In this document: positions 1 to 9,580 of the stretch, piece by piece | How the letters are laid out: every line of letters starts with the position of its first letter | How positions within the stretch are numbered: position 1 is the first letter of the stretch | Source of the DNA: an uncultured Hyphomicrobiales bacterium | Lineage (GTDB): Bacteria > Bacteroidota > Ignavibacteria > Kapaibacteriales > UBA2268 | Direction of reading: 5' to 3' | Assembly (NCBI GenBank): GCA_964413155.1 | Contig: CAYPRT010000002.1 | Span: forward strand, 170,701 to 234,700 | Length of the DNA: 64,000 nucleotides | Translations under genes and position numbers: made by a program | The notes under the pieces: generated by a model | Seen by the model: only the letters and a program-made list of their open reading frames with translations | What the model was told of the DNA's origin: nothing | Database searches by the model: none

Positions 1-789
1 TGAGCCTCTTATTTCAGCAATTAAATTTCTCGAAGGGGACTTACCTAGGTCTTTAGTTTCAATATATAAATAAATTTTTGGTGTTATTCCCCTCTTTTGG
101 AAACGTTCAAGCAACAAAGCGTCTTCTTCTGAAATTGAACCAAAAGGAATTTTAGCAATAGTATCCTCGTAATGGATCACTCCAGTGTGTGGATTGTTCA
201 TTGAAAGAGGACTCACAGCCCGACACAAAGCAGCAACAGCACCACATTGTGCAGCACGAACCGCACCAATCCATCGGTATTGAACAGTTTTCCCATAACC
301 TTCATAGGTTGGATTATAAACTACAATTCGACCTTTCGCTTTCTCTGGATTTTTTTCAAGTTCTTCAAAGCTATTTACCACAAAGACTTCAGCCGTAATT
401 CCCCCAGATGGAGTTGAAATGCTACCCCCAAAAGATAAAACAGGTATTGATTTAATCCGAGGAGATAATAATTCACACTTTTCACGAAGCCGAATCCATT
501 TTGGCACCATTACTTTTTCGGACCAAACACTATCGAACCCATCATTTTTTAACTGAATTTCCAACCAATCAAGGGCTTTCTCGAGATTATCGCTTCCACT
601 CAGTCTGGGGCCGAAATCATCACAAAGATTGGCAAGCCTTTCCCAAGCTTCATTTGTGGTCTGAGCTTCGTTATAAAATCTTTTCAAATTTGAAATAACA
701 ACATCTATAGAATTTCCATTAGAGAAGACATTGCAGAAAGGAATTATTAACAAAAAAAATACAAATTTTATTTTGTAAGTCATCTCCAT
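1..789 (-). CDS. M28 family carboxypeptidase Q-like peptidase with PA domain, 5' part only (runs off the left edge)
   Basis: Not in the ORF track. Manual translation of the minus strand from ATG 789 (or 783) is open to base 1: signal peptide, then 'EAWERLANLCDDFGPRLSGSDNLEKALDW', 'GAVRAAQCGAVAALCRAVSPLSMNNPHTG' and 'RNLIAEIRGS', typical of CPQ/M28. Confidence 0.85.
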   Translation of the reverse strand, partial: MEMTYKIKFVFFLLIIPFCNVFSNGNSIDVVISNLKRFYNEAQTTNEAWERLANLCDDFGPRLSGSDNLEKALDWLEIQLKNDGFDSVWSEKVMVPKWIRLREKCELLSPRIKSIPVLSFGGSISTPSGGITAEVFVVNSFEELEKNPEKAKGRIVVYNPTYEGYGKTVQYRWIGAVRAAQCGAVAALCRAVSPLSMNNPHTGVIHYEDTIAKIPFGSISEEDALLLERFQKRGITPKIYLYIETKDLGKSPSRNLIAEIRGS

Positions 790-792
790 ACT

Positions 793-810
793 CAAACCTA
801 ATAAAAAAAT
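793..810 (-). repeat. 18-nt element ATTTTTTTATTAGGTTTG, copy 1 (3 nt upstream of the ATG)
   Basis: Identical to 30995-31012; both copies lie immediately upstream of a start codon. Confidence 0.6.
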
Positions 811-946
811 TAAATTAATAAATTTTAATTAACAAAAAAAGAAAATTATTAATGCATAAGGAAAATTACAATTTGGAGGGTAAATGATAGCAAGAAAATT
901 GAGATTTTAATATTTTTTATTAAATTTGATTTTATTTTATTTTTTT

Positions 947-2899
947 ATGAAAAAAATAAGATTTAAAGAGCGAATTCATTACGAATTCGACAATTTAATG
1001 TCAAAAGGTCCAATTCCCCCCTTCTTACTTTTATTAACTATTGGTTTGATATTTCTATTAGTGATTTCTTTCGTAATATATCTGTTTAATCTCATTCCAA
1101 GCAATGCCGAAAGTATACTTGGCTTACCTGATACAAAAAACTATAACTTTTTAAATGTCTTTTGGGTTGTCTTGTTGAGAACGCTCGATGGAGGTGTAAT
1201 TTCCGACGACCCAATCGATTTTTTCTATTTAATCTTTATGCTTCTCGCAACCCTTTTCGGCTTGTTGATGACAAGCATTTTCATTGGTGTTGTAAGCAGC
1301 GTTGTAATGAACAAAATAATGGAACTACGGAAAGGAAGAAGCTTCGTATTATCCAAAAACCATACAGTAATTCTTGGTTGGTCATTTCAGGTGTTTCAAA
1401 TTATATCCGAGCTTATTATTGCCAATGAAAATCAAAAGAAACCTACGATTGTAGTTCTTGCCGAAAAGGATAAAGTTGAAATGGATGACGAAATACGAGC
1501 AAAAATCGGGGATACCAAAAATACTCGTGTGATATGCCGAACAGGTAATCCAATAGATTTACGCGACCTTGAAGTAGTCAATTTGAATCAAGCAAAATCA
1601 ATAATTGTAATCGCTCCAGATGTTCCAGAACCAGATTCTTATGTAATAAAAACAATTTTAGCTATAACCAACAATCCCAATCGTAAACCTTTGCCACAAA
1701 AATATCATATTGTAGCAGAAATCCGCCATCCCCGAAATGTTCCAATCGCCGAAATTGCCGGTAGGGACGAAGTTCAACTAGTTGTTTTCGATTATGTTGT
1801 TTCGAGAATTATTGCTCATACCTGTCGCCAGCCTGGGCTTTCTGTGGTTTTCACCGAACTTCTCGACTTCAAAGGAGATGAAATATATTTCGCCTATGAG
1901 CCAAAACTCATTGGAAGAACTTTCGTCGAGGCAATGTTTGCGTATGAAACCTCGACAGTTATTGGTTTACGAAAGAGAAATGGCGAAATTCTTTTAAAGC
2001 CCCCAATGAACACTATAATTGAGGAAGGGGACAAAGTTATTGCTATTTCAGAAGACGATGATACAATTATTCTTTCAGGATTGCTCGATTATCGTATCGA
2101 CCCTGGGGCAATTCGCAACGAACCACAAATAAAGGAGCGCCGTCCAGAAAATACACTAATTCTAGGTTGGAACCGACGGGCTCCTCTTATTATCAATGAA
2201 CTTGACAAATACGTACTCAAGGGTTCTAAACTTGTTGTAGTCTCCGACCTTTCTTACGTTGAAAGAACAATACTTGAAATCAACTATGAGCTTGAAAACC
2301 ACGAAATTTCCTTTGTCTACGGAGACACAACCGACCGAAGAGTGCTCGACGACTTAATGGTTGAACAATTTGACCATATCATTGTTTTAAGCCAAACAGA
2401 AATGCTGGATGTTCAATCTGTGGATGCAAGAACTCTTAGCACCCTCCTTCACCTTCGCGATATTGCCGACAAAACTGAACACAGATTCTCACTTGTAAGT
2501 GAAATGCTTGACGATAGAAATAGGGAATTAGCGGAAATCACCCATACCGATGACTTCATCGTTAGTGTTAAACTCGACAGTTTAATGTTGTCACAAATTT
2601 CGGAAAACAAAGAATTAAAAACCATTTTTGAAATATTATTTAGCGCTACAAACCCATCTATTTATATTAAGCCTGCTGAATATTATGTTGAATTGGGCAG
2701 ACCGGTTAACTTCTACACTGTTATGGAAGCAGCTCGGCAACGCAATGAAATAGCAATTGGATATAAATTGCACGAAGTTAAACCTCGATATGCCACTGAT
2801 TCTATGCTCGCCTACGGAGTTCGTGTTAATCCTGTTAAATCCAATCGCATTTTCTTTTCCGAAGGTGACAAAATCATTGTTATTGCCGACGAACAATAA
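947..2899 (+). CDS. CASTOR/POLLUX (DMI1)-related cation channel with two RCK domains
   Basis: Two TM helices flank a pore segment 'LRTLDGGVISDD', followed by 'NHTVILGWS', 'VICRTGNP', 'NTLILGWN', 'DARTLSTLLHLR' and 'SEMLDDRNRELA'. ATG at 947 preferred over TTG at 926. Confidence 0.85.
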   Translation: MKKIRFKERIHYEFDNLMSKGPIPPFLLLLTIGLIFLLVISFVIYLFNLIPSNAESILGLPDTKNYNFLNVFWVVLLRTLDGGVISDDPIDFFYLIFMLLATLFGLLMTSIFIGVVSSVVMNKIMELRKGRSFVLSKNHTVILGWSFQVFQIISELIIANENQKKPTIVVLAEKDKVEMDDEIRAKIGDTKNTRVICRTGNPIDLRDLEVVNLNQAKSIIVIAPDVPEPDSYVIKTILAITNNPNRKPLPQKYHIVAEIRHPRNVPIAEIAGRDEVQLVVFDYVVSRIIAHTCRQPGLSVVFTELLDFKGDEIYFAYEPKLIGRTFVEAMFAYETSTVIGLRKRNGEILLKPPMNTIIEEGDKVIAISEDDDTIILSGLLDYRIDPGAIRNEPQIKERRPENTLILGWNRRAPLIINELDKYVLKGSKLVVVSDLSYVERTILEINYELENHEISFVYGDTTDRRVLDDLMVEQFDHIIVLSQTEMLDVQSVDARTLSTLLHLRDIADKTEHRFSLVSEMLDDRNRELAEITHTDDFIVSVKLDSLMLSQISENKELKTIFEILFSATNPSIYIKPAEYYVELGRPVNFYTVMEAARQRNEIAIGYKLHEVKPRYATDSMLAYGVRVNPVKSNRIFFSEGDKIIVIADEQ

Positions 2900-3922
<1,023 letters not shown>

Positions 3923-3960
3923 ATATCTTTAATTTTTTTTATATATTTCGTCTTTTAATT

Positions 3961-4869
3961 ATGCGATGTTTTATGATTAAAATTATCTTATACTCATTGA
4001 TTCTTGTTTTGATGTTTTCCTCCGAGTGGAACATAAGCTCGGGAGATGAATACGAAAAACTGAGCTCGGAGTATCATTTTTACCAACAATTCAGCAAAAT
4101 CAAGTTGCCGGAAAAATTGGACTTCTGCGGCGAACAAATCCCTTTAAACAACCAAGTAATGAAGGAACGTGCAGAAAGAGAACTTTACATTAACTTACAA
4201 TCTCCCGGACAAATTATTCTTTACTTGAAACGTTCCAGCCGTTACTTTCCAATCTTTGACAGCATATTCAAAAAATACAACATTCCTGATGATATTAAAT
4301 TTCTTGCAGTTGCCGAAAGTGGATTACAAATCGCAATGTCACCAAAATCTGCAAATGGAATATGGCAGTTCATCCCATCCACTGCAAAAGAATATGGTTT
4401 AATTGTCGATGACTATATTGATGAACGCTTGAATATTTATAAAAGCACAGATGCTGCTTGCCGTTATTTAAAAAAAGCGTACGAAGTTTTTGGTTCTTGG
4501 ACGTTAGCAGCTGCAGCATACAATATGGGCTTTTCAAATTTATCTAGCAATATTGATTTCCAAAAAACCAGTAACTTCTTTGAATTATTCCTGAACGAAG
4601 AGACTTCGCGTTACATTTACCGAATAGCAATAATAAAAGAAATACTTTTAAACCACAAAAAGTATGGATTTCATTTATCGAAAGAAGATTTTTACTATCC
4701 TCTCCCAACTAAACAAATTGTTTGGAACTATGAGATACCTGATCTTGCACTCTGGGCTAAAATGCAAGGAACAACATATTTCTGGGTAAAAACACTTAAC
4801 CCTTGGATTCTGAAACGCTCATTGCCAAAACCAAAAGAAAGTTATATTATCGACATTCCAGCAAAGTAA
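3961..4869 (+). CDS. Lytic transglycosylase (SLT domain, MltD-like core)
   Basis: 'LAVAESGL' (catalytic Glu), 'GIWQFIPSTAKEYGL', 'AAYNMG'; N-terminal hydrophobic signal. Start could be 3973. Confidence 0.9.
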   Translation: MRCFMIKIILYSLILVLMFSSEWNISSGDEYEKLSSEYHFYQQFSKIKLPEKLDFCGEQIPLNNQVMKERAERELYINLQSPGQIILYLKRSSRYFPIFDSIFKKYNIPDDIKFLAVAESGLQIAMSPKSANGIWQFIPSTAKEYGLIVDDYIDERLNIYKSTDAACRYLKKAYEVFGSWTLAAAAYNMGFSNLSSNIDFQKTSNFFELFLNEETSRYIYRIAIIKEILLNHKKYGFHLSKEDFYYPLPTKQIVWNYEIPDLALWAKMQGTTYFWVKTLNPWILKRSLPKPKESYIIDIPAK

Positions 4870-4871
4870 AT

Positions 4872-5657
4872 ATGATTGAGATAAAAAACTTACACAAGTC
4901 GTTTGGTTCTAAAAAAGTTTTGAATGGGATTACCCTTACAATTCCCGATGGTGTTACATATTGCATTATCGGTCGGTCTGGGTGTGGCAAAAGTGTTCTT
5001 ATTAAAAATATCGTAGGACTACTCGAACCAGACCAAGGCGAAGTTATTATCGATGGTTTAAACATCCACAATTTAGATCGGAAAGAATTATTCAAAGTTC
5101 GCGAAAAATTTGGTTTCGTTTTCCAAGGTTCTGCTCTTTTCGATTCCTATTCAGTTTACGAAAATGTTGTAATTAGCCTATATGAACGTGGAATACGAGA
5201 CGAAAATATATTGAAAGAAGAAGCAATTCGAGTTCTTTCCGCAGTAGGTCTTCTGCCCGACCCCACGGAAGTTGGCGAATCTGCATTCGAAAATGAATGG
5301 AAAATTCTTCGCGACAAAATGCCATCCGATTTATCCGGTGGGATGAAAAAGCGGGTTGGTGTCGCTCGGGCGCTTGTGGGTAAACCTTCATATATATTTT
5401 ACGACGAGCCAACTACTGGATTGGATCCAATTACCTCCGAACAAGTCGACAACCTAATTGCGGACCTTGCAAAGAAACTTTCAATTACTTCTGTTATCAT
5501 TACTCACGATTTGTTTTCAGTTTTCAAAATCGCGAATTTCGTCGCGCTAATCGAAGATGGCGGCCTACATTTTAACGGGGAAGTCGAACAACTTCGCTAT
5601 TCTAATGACCCAATAGTCATAGAATTTTTGGAAAGATATAAAACAAAGGTCGTATGA
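4872..5657 (+). CDS. ABC transporter ATP-binding protein, MlaF/Mkl family
   Basis: Walker A 'GRSGCGKS', 'GFVFQGSALFDS', 'LSGGMKKRVGVARAL', 'YDEPTTGLDPI'. ATG at 4872 directly follows the upstream stop. Confidence 0.9.
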   Translation: MIEIKNLHKSFGSKKVLNGITLTIPDGVTYCIIGRSGCGKSVLIKNIVGLLEPDQGEVIIDGLNIHNLDRKELFKVREKFGFVFQGSALFDSYSVYENVVISLYERGIRDENILKEEAIRVLSAVGLLPDPTEVGESAFENEWKILRDKMPSDLSGGMKKRVGVARALVGKPSYIFYDEPTTGLDPITSEQVDNLIADLAKKLSITSVIITHDLFSVFKIANFVALIEDGGLHFNGEVEQLRYSNDPIVIEFLERYKTKVV

Positions 5658-6814
5658 AAAAAGAATTCCTTACTTCTCGGATATTTCTTCTTACTTTGTT
5701 CCTGTCTTTTCCTTTTTTAATTTACACATTTTCGTTTTCAAAAGATTTACATACAAAAAAAAGCAACAAAAAACAAGCTGTTAAATCTCAAATTATCAAA
5801 CCTCTTCTTGCATATTTAAAAGATGGAAAATGGCATTTTATTGATTACCAAGGAAACTTAATTTTTAAACCAATTGAACTAGCCGATGTTCTAGGATACA
5901 GCGAAGGTTATTTTCGCGTTAATGTTAAATTCAATGATAAACCAAAATGGGCTATTATTGATTTAAGTGGAAACTTGACAATTATCGATAAAATAAATTA
6001 TCTATTCGATTTTAAAAACGGCAGAGCACTAGTTGTTAAAAAATTGAAGTCGAGCGAAAGAGAAAAGGACACAAGCGAACAATTCCTTTTTGGATATATT
6101 AATAAAGGCGGGGAACTTGTAATTCCAATGATATATGAGGATGCTACAGAATTTAGCGAAGGTTTGGCATTTGTCAAAAACAAAGACTACCGTGGATTTA
6201 TAGATACAAACAATAGGCCAGTCATTAAAATGGAAAATTCTGCTGGAAATAAATTTACCGAAGGCTTAGCCGATATTAACGATAAAAAATATCGACAAGG
6301 TTTTATAAACAAAAGAGGAGAAATTGTAATTCCTTTGCAGTTCGACTTGGTCGACAATTTTTCGGAAGGCTTGGCTTTTGCTGTCAAGGGTGATTCAATT
6401 GGTTACATCAACAAAAAGGGAATATTTGAGTTTACAATTGATGGATACGCGGGTAAACCATTTTCCGATAGTATGTCATTTATTGGCCAAATGAACGAGA
6501 AAAAGGAAATGCGTTGGGCACTCATCAATAACAAAGGTGAAAGAATTACTGGTTATATTTTCGAAGATGTTCGTGGGTTTTCCGAAGGTCTTTCTGCCGT
6601 AAAACAAAATGGAAATTGGTTCTTTATCGATAAGCTTGGTAACCCTGTATTCGACTTTGAGTTTAATTACGTTGATAGCTTTGTCGACGGAATTGCATGG
6701 GCATCGTTCAAAGATGGACGCAAAGGATATATCAACCACAAGGGGCAATTAATTCTTGAAATTCCTGATGCAGAAAGTTATTTCGACTTTCGTTTAAACC
6801 GAAAAGTATATTAA
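5654..6814 (+). CDS. WG (KWG) repeat-containing protein
   Basis: Repeated 'FSEGLA.V...GYINK.G..VIP' units; N-terminal TM/signal. Confidence 0.9.
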   Translation: MKKEFLTSRIFLLTLFLSFPFLIYTFSFSKDLHTKKSNKKQAVKSQIIKPLLAYLKDGKWHFIDYQGNLIFKPIELADVLGYSEGYFRVNVKFNDKPKWAIIDLSGNLTIIDKINYLFDFKNGRALVVKKLKSSEREKDTSEQFLFGYINKGGELVIPMIYEDATEFSEGLAFVKNKDYRGFIDTNNRPVIKMENSAGNKFTEGLADINDKKYRQGFINKRGEIVIPLQFDLVDNFSEGLAFAVKGDSIGYINKKGIFEFTIDGYAGKPFSDSMSFIGQMNEKKEMRWALINNKGERITGYIFEDVRGFSEGLSAVKQNGNWFFIDKLGNPVFDFEFNYVDSFVDGIAWASFKDGRKGYINHKGQLILEIPDAESYFDFRLNRKVY

Positions 6815-6815
6815 A

Positions 6816-8648
6816 ATGAGTACTATAGCTGAAGAAATTATCGAATCAATCGACATTGTCGATTATATCTCCGAAGCAGTAAACCTTCGCCGCCGAGGAG
6901 TAAACTTTGTTGGACTTTGTCCTTTCCATCAAGAAAAAACCCCATCTTTTACGGTCTCGCCCGAAAAAAAGATATTTAAGTGCTTTGGGTGTGGAAAAGC
7001 TGGAAATGTAATTACTTTTGCAGTTGAATATTATGGATTCACCTATTCAGAAGCAATTCGAGAACTTGCAAAACGTGCCGGAATAAGACTTGAAACAACC
7101 ACAATAAAGGAAAAAGAAGAAGTTTCGCGTAAAAATCAAATTCTTCAAGCACTTGAATACGCAAAGAAGTTTTATCAACGTGTGCTTTTTACCCAAAGTG
7201 GTATTGTTGCTCTTGCATATCTTAAGAATCGAGGATATAACCAATCGACTATTAGTGAATTTGAGATTGGATATTCACCAAGTGGATGGGATGCATTATT
7301 TCGCGAAATGACACCGCAAGGTTTTTCGCCCGAAATCCTTCTTGCAGCAGGATTAATCAAAAAAAAGGAAGGCTCGGAAGATGAATATTACGATGTTTTC
7401 CGCGAAAGGATAATGTTTCCAATTTACAATACAACTGGAAAAGTTGTTGGTTTTGGTGGTAGAGTTCTAAAAGAAATCGATAATCAACCGAAATATATTA
7501 ACTCGCCCCAAACGGAAGTTTTTGACAAAAGTAAATTGCTTTTTGGCCTTTTTAAAGGAAGGAACGAGATCCGTAGTAAAGAATCTGTTGTTCTTGTCGA
7601 AGGTTATGCAGACGTAATTTCACTTCATCAGGCAGGAATTAAAAATGCAATTGCCTCGTGCGGAACCTCCCTTACAATAGAACAGCTAAATCTTATTTCC
7701 AGATATTGCAAAACAATTTACATTGCCTACGATGGGGACGAGGCTGGTCAAAAGGCAACAGAAAGAGCAATTCAGCTGGCACTACCTCTTGGCTTCGAAG
7801 TTTTTGTTGTGAAACTAATTGAAAACGAAGACCCCGATAGCATTGTTAAAAAATTTGGCCCCCGAACCTTTAACAATTTGTTGGACAATTCAAAAAGTTT
7901 CCTTTCATATCTATTCGAAATTGCTCAAGTTAAAAATGTATTTAGCCGACCTGCAAAGAAATCACAATTTATTCAATATTGTCTTGAATTAATTACACAA
8001 ATACCAGATAAACTCCAACATTACGACTTTATTCAAGAATTATCCAATCTACTTATAATGCCTTACTCACAATTAGATGCAATTTACAGAGAAAAACAAA
8101 AGTTAGAAAAAGAGAAACAAAAAAGAAATATCCCCGATATAGCTGCTGAAATTTCGAAAACTCCTGTTCCTGAAAAACTTATTCCTGAAGAGGAATACCT
8201 GCTATCAATATGTGTTGAAATACCTGAAGCATTGGAAGCCTTAGAAAAGGTATATAAATTCAATCCAGAAGATATGTTAACAACAAAAGGAAAAGAATAT
8301 TTCTCATTACTTAAATCACATAAAAGTAAAAATCCGATAAGTTCAATTACCTCTGATACTTCAATTGATGAAAACACCAGAAATTTTTTTATAAATTTGG
8401 CATTTTCGAAACAGGAACCAAGCAAAAACTGGGAAAGATTTGGCTTTACACAAATAGATAAAGACATTCATAAAATTTTAAGAGATGCTTTTACCCGTTT
8501 AAAAATAAAAAAAATAGAAATTAAAATTCAAGAAGTACACAAAAAGATTGTAGAAGATAGTGCAAATAAGGAAAAGCATTTGAAAGAACTTCAGGACTTG
8601 ACAAGAGCCAAACAAAAATTATTAAGCAGTTTAAAAAAATGGGATTAA
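6816..8648 (+). CDS. dnaG: DNA primase
   Basis: CHC2 zinc finger 'GLCPFHQEKTPSF...CFGC', 'FRERIMFPI', 'KYINSP', TOPRIM 'VEGYAD' and 'YDGDEAG'. Confidence 0.98.
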   Translation: MSTIAEEIIESIDIVDYISEAVNLRRRGVNFVGLCPFHQEKTPSFTVSPEKKIFKCFGCGKAGNVITFAVEYYGFTYSEAIRELAKRAGIRLETTTIKEKEEVSRKNQILQALEYAKKFYQRVLFTQSGIVALAYLKNRGYNQSTISEFEIGYSPSGWDALFREMTPQGFSPEILLAAGLIKKKEGSEDEYYDVFRERIMFPIYNTTGKVVGFGGRVLKEIDNQPKYINSPQTEVFDKSKLLFGLFKGRNEIRSKESVVLVEGYADVISLHQAGIKNAIASCGTSLTIEQLNLISRYCKTIYIAYDGDEAGQKATERAIQLALPLGFEVFVVKLIENEDPDSIVKKFGPRTFNNLLDNSKSFLSYLFEIAQVKNVFSRPAKKSQFIQYCLELITQIPDKLQHYDFIQELSNLLIMPYSQLDAIYREKQKLEKEKQKRNIPDIAAEISKTPVPEKLIPEEEYLLSICVEIPEALEALEKVYKFNPEDMLTTKGKEYFSLLKSHKSKNPISSITSDTSIDENTRNFFINLAFSKQEPSKNWERFGFTQIDKDIHKILRDAFTRLKIKKIEIKIQEVHKKIVEDSANKEKHLKELQDLTRAKQKLLSSLKKWD

Positions 8649-9580
8649 CACAAAAAGAAAACTTAAAAGGGATATTATTTGCTTTTTTAATAAGTATTTC
8701 CATTTGGTTATTTACCTTAATGAATTCAGAATATCGCTTTTATATTAAAGTTCCATTGAAAATCGTACCCCCGGAAAAGTATTCAATTTCAGGAAAAGTT
8801 CCCGAAAAACTAGATGTTCTAATTTCAGCTACAGGATGGCAAATTTTGAACCTTTCGGTTTTCCCTAAAACTTCTAATTGCATAATTAATCTTAGTCAAA
8901 ACGAAACAATAAATGAAAAAGTTATTCTGACGAAAAATGATTTCTTAAAAAACCTTAGCCTTGCCTCAAATGCAAAAGCCTTGGATGTTAATCCCCCCTC
9001 AATTACATTAGATATAGGAGTGATAGGAGAAAAAATTGTCCGAATCGAGCCAGAAATCGAAATCCATCCACGAGAAAATTTCATTGTTGTTGGCAAACCA
9101 ATAGTGAAACCCGATTTGGTTGTAATTCGAGGAAGAAAAGAAGTTCTCGATAAAATAGAAGAATGGAAAACCAAACACATCCTTTTGGACGATGTCCATA
9201 AACCAATTCAATTAGATATTCCTTTAAGCGATACCCTTCGTTCCTTAATATCTTTAAGTTTTGAGCAAGTAAAACTTATTGTAGAGGTCGACTTAAAAGC
9301 AGAAAAGGAAATTTTGGATGTTCCTGTTACAATCGAAGGGGGAAATTTGCCCGAAGGACACATCCTTGAACCAAACTTCTTGAAAGCAACTGTTCGCTCA
9401 GGCATAAACAAATTAATTGAAAGTGACATTGTATCTTTGGAAGCTAAAGTTTCTTACTCTGAAATAAAGTATGATTCGATAGGTATTATTATTCCCAAAA
9501 TCAATTTACCAGAAGGTTTGAGCTTGGTTTCATTAGAACCTCCTTACCTATATCACTGGAAAAGAATTAGAGCGAGGTAA
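8639..9580 (+). CDS. YbbR/CdaR-like domain protein
   Basis: N-terminal TM 'FAFLISISIWLF' followed by beta-rich YbbR-type repeats ('VKPDLVVIRG', 'LEPNFLKATVR', 'PKINLPEG'). Confidence 0.75.
   Translation: MGLTQKENLKGILFAFLISISIWLFTLMNSEYRFYIKVPLKIVPPEKYSISGKVPEKLDVLISATGWQILNLSVFPKTSNCIINLSQNETINEKVILTKNDFLKNLSLASNAKALDVNPPSITLDIGVIGEKIVRIEPEIEIHPRENFIVVGKPIVKPDLVVIRGRKEVLDKIEEWKTKHILLDDVHKPIQLDIPLSDTLRSLISLSFEQVKLIVEVDLKAEKEILDVPVTIEGGNLPEGHILEPNFLKATVRSGINKLIESDIVSLEAKVSYSEIKYDSIGIIIPKINLPEGLSLVSLEPPYLYHWKRIRAR

Noticed and set aside
465-490. Apparent frameshift in the M28 peptidase
   Set aside because: It was my misreading across a line break. With the TTTT at 479-482 the frame is continuous ('LREKCELLSPR') from 789 to 1.
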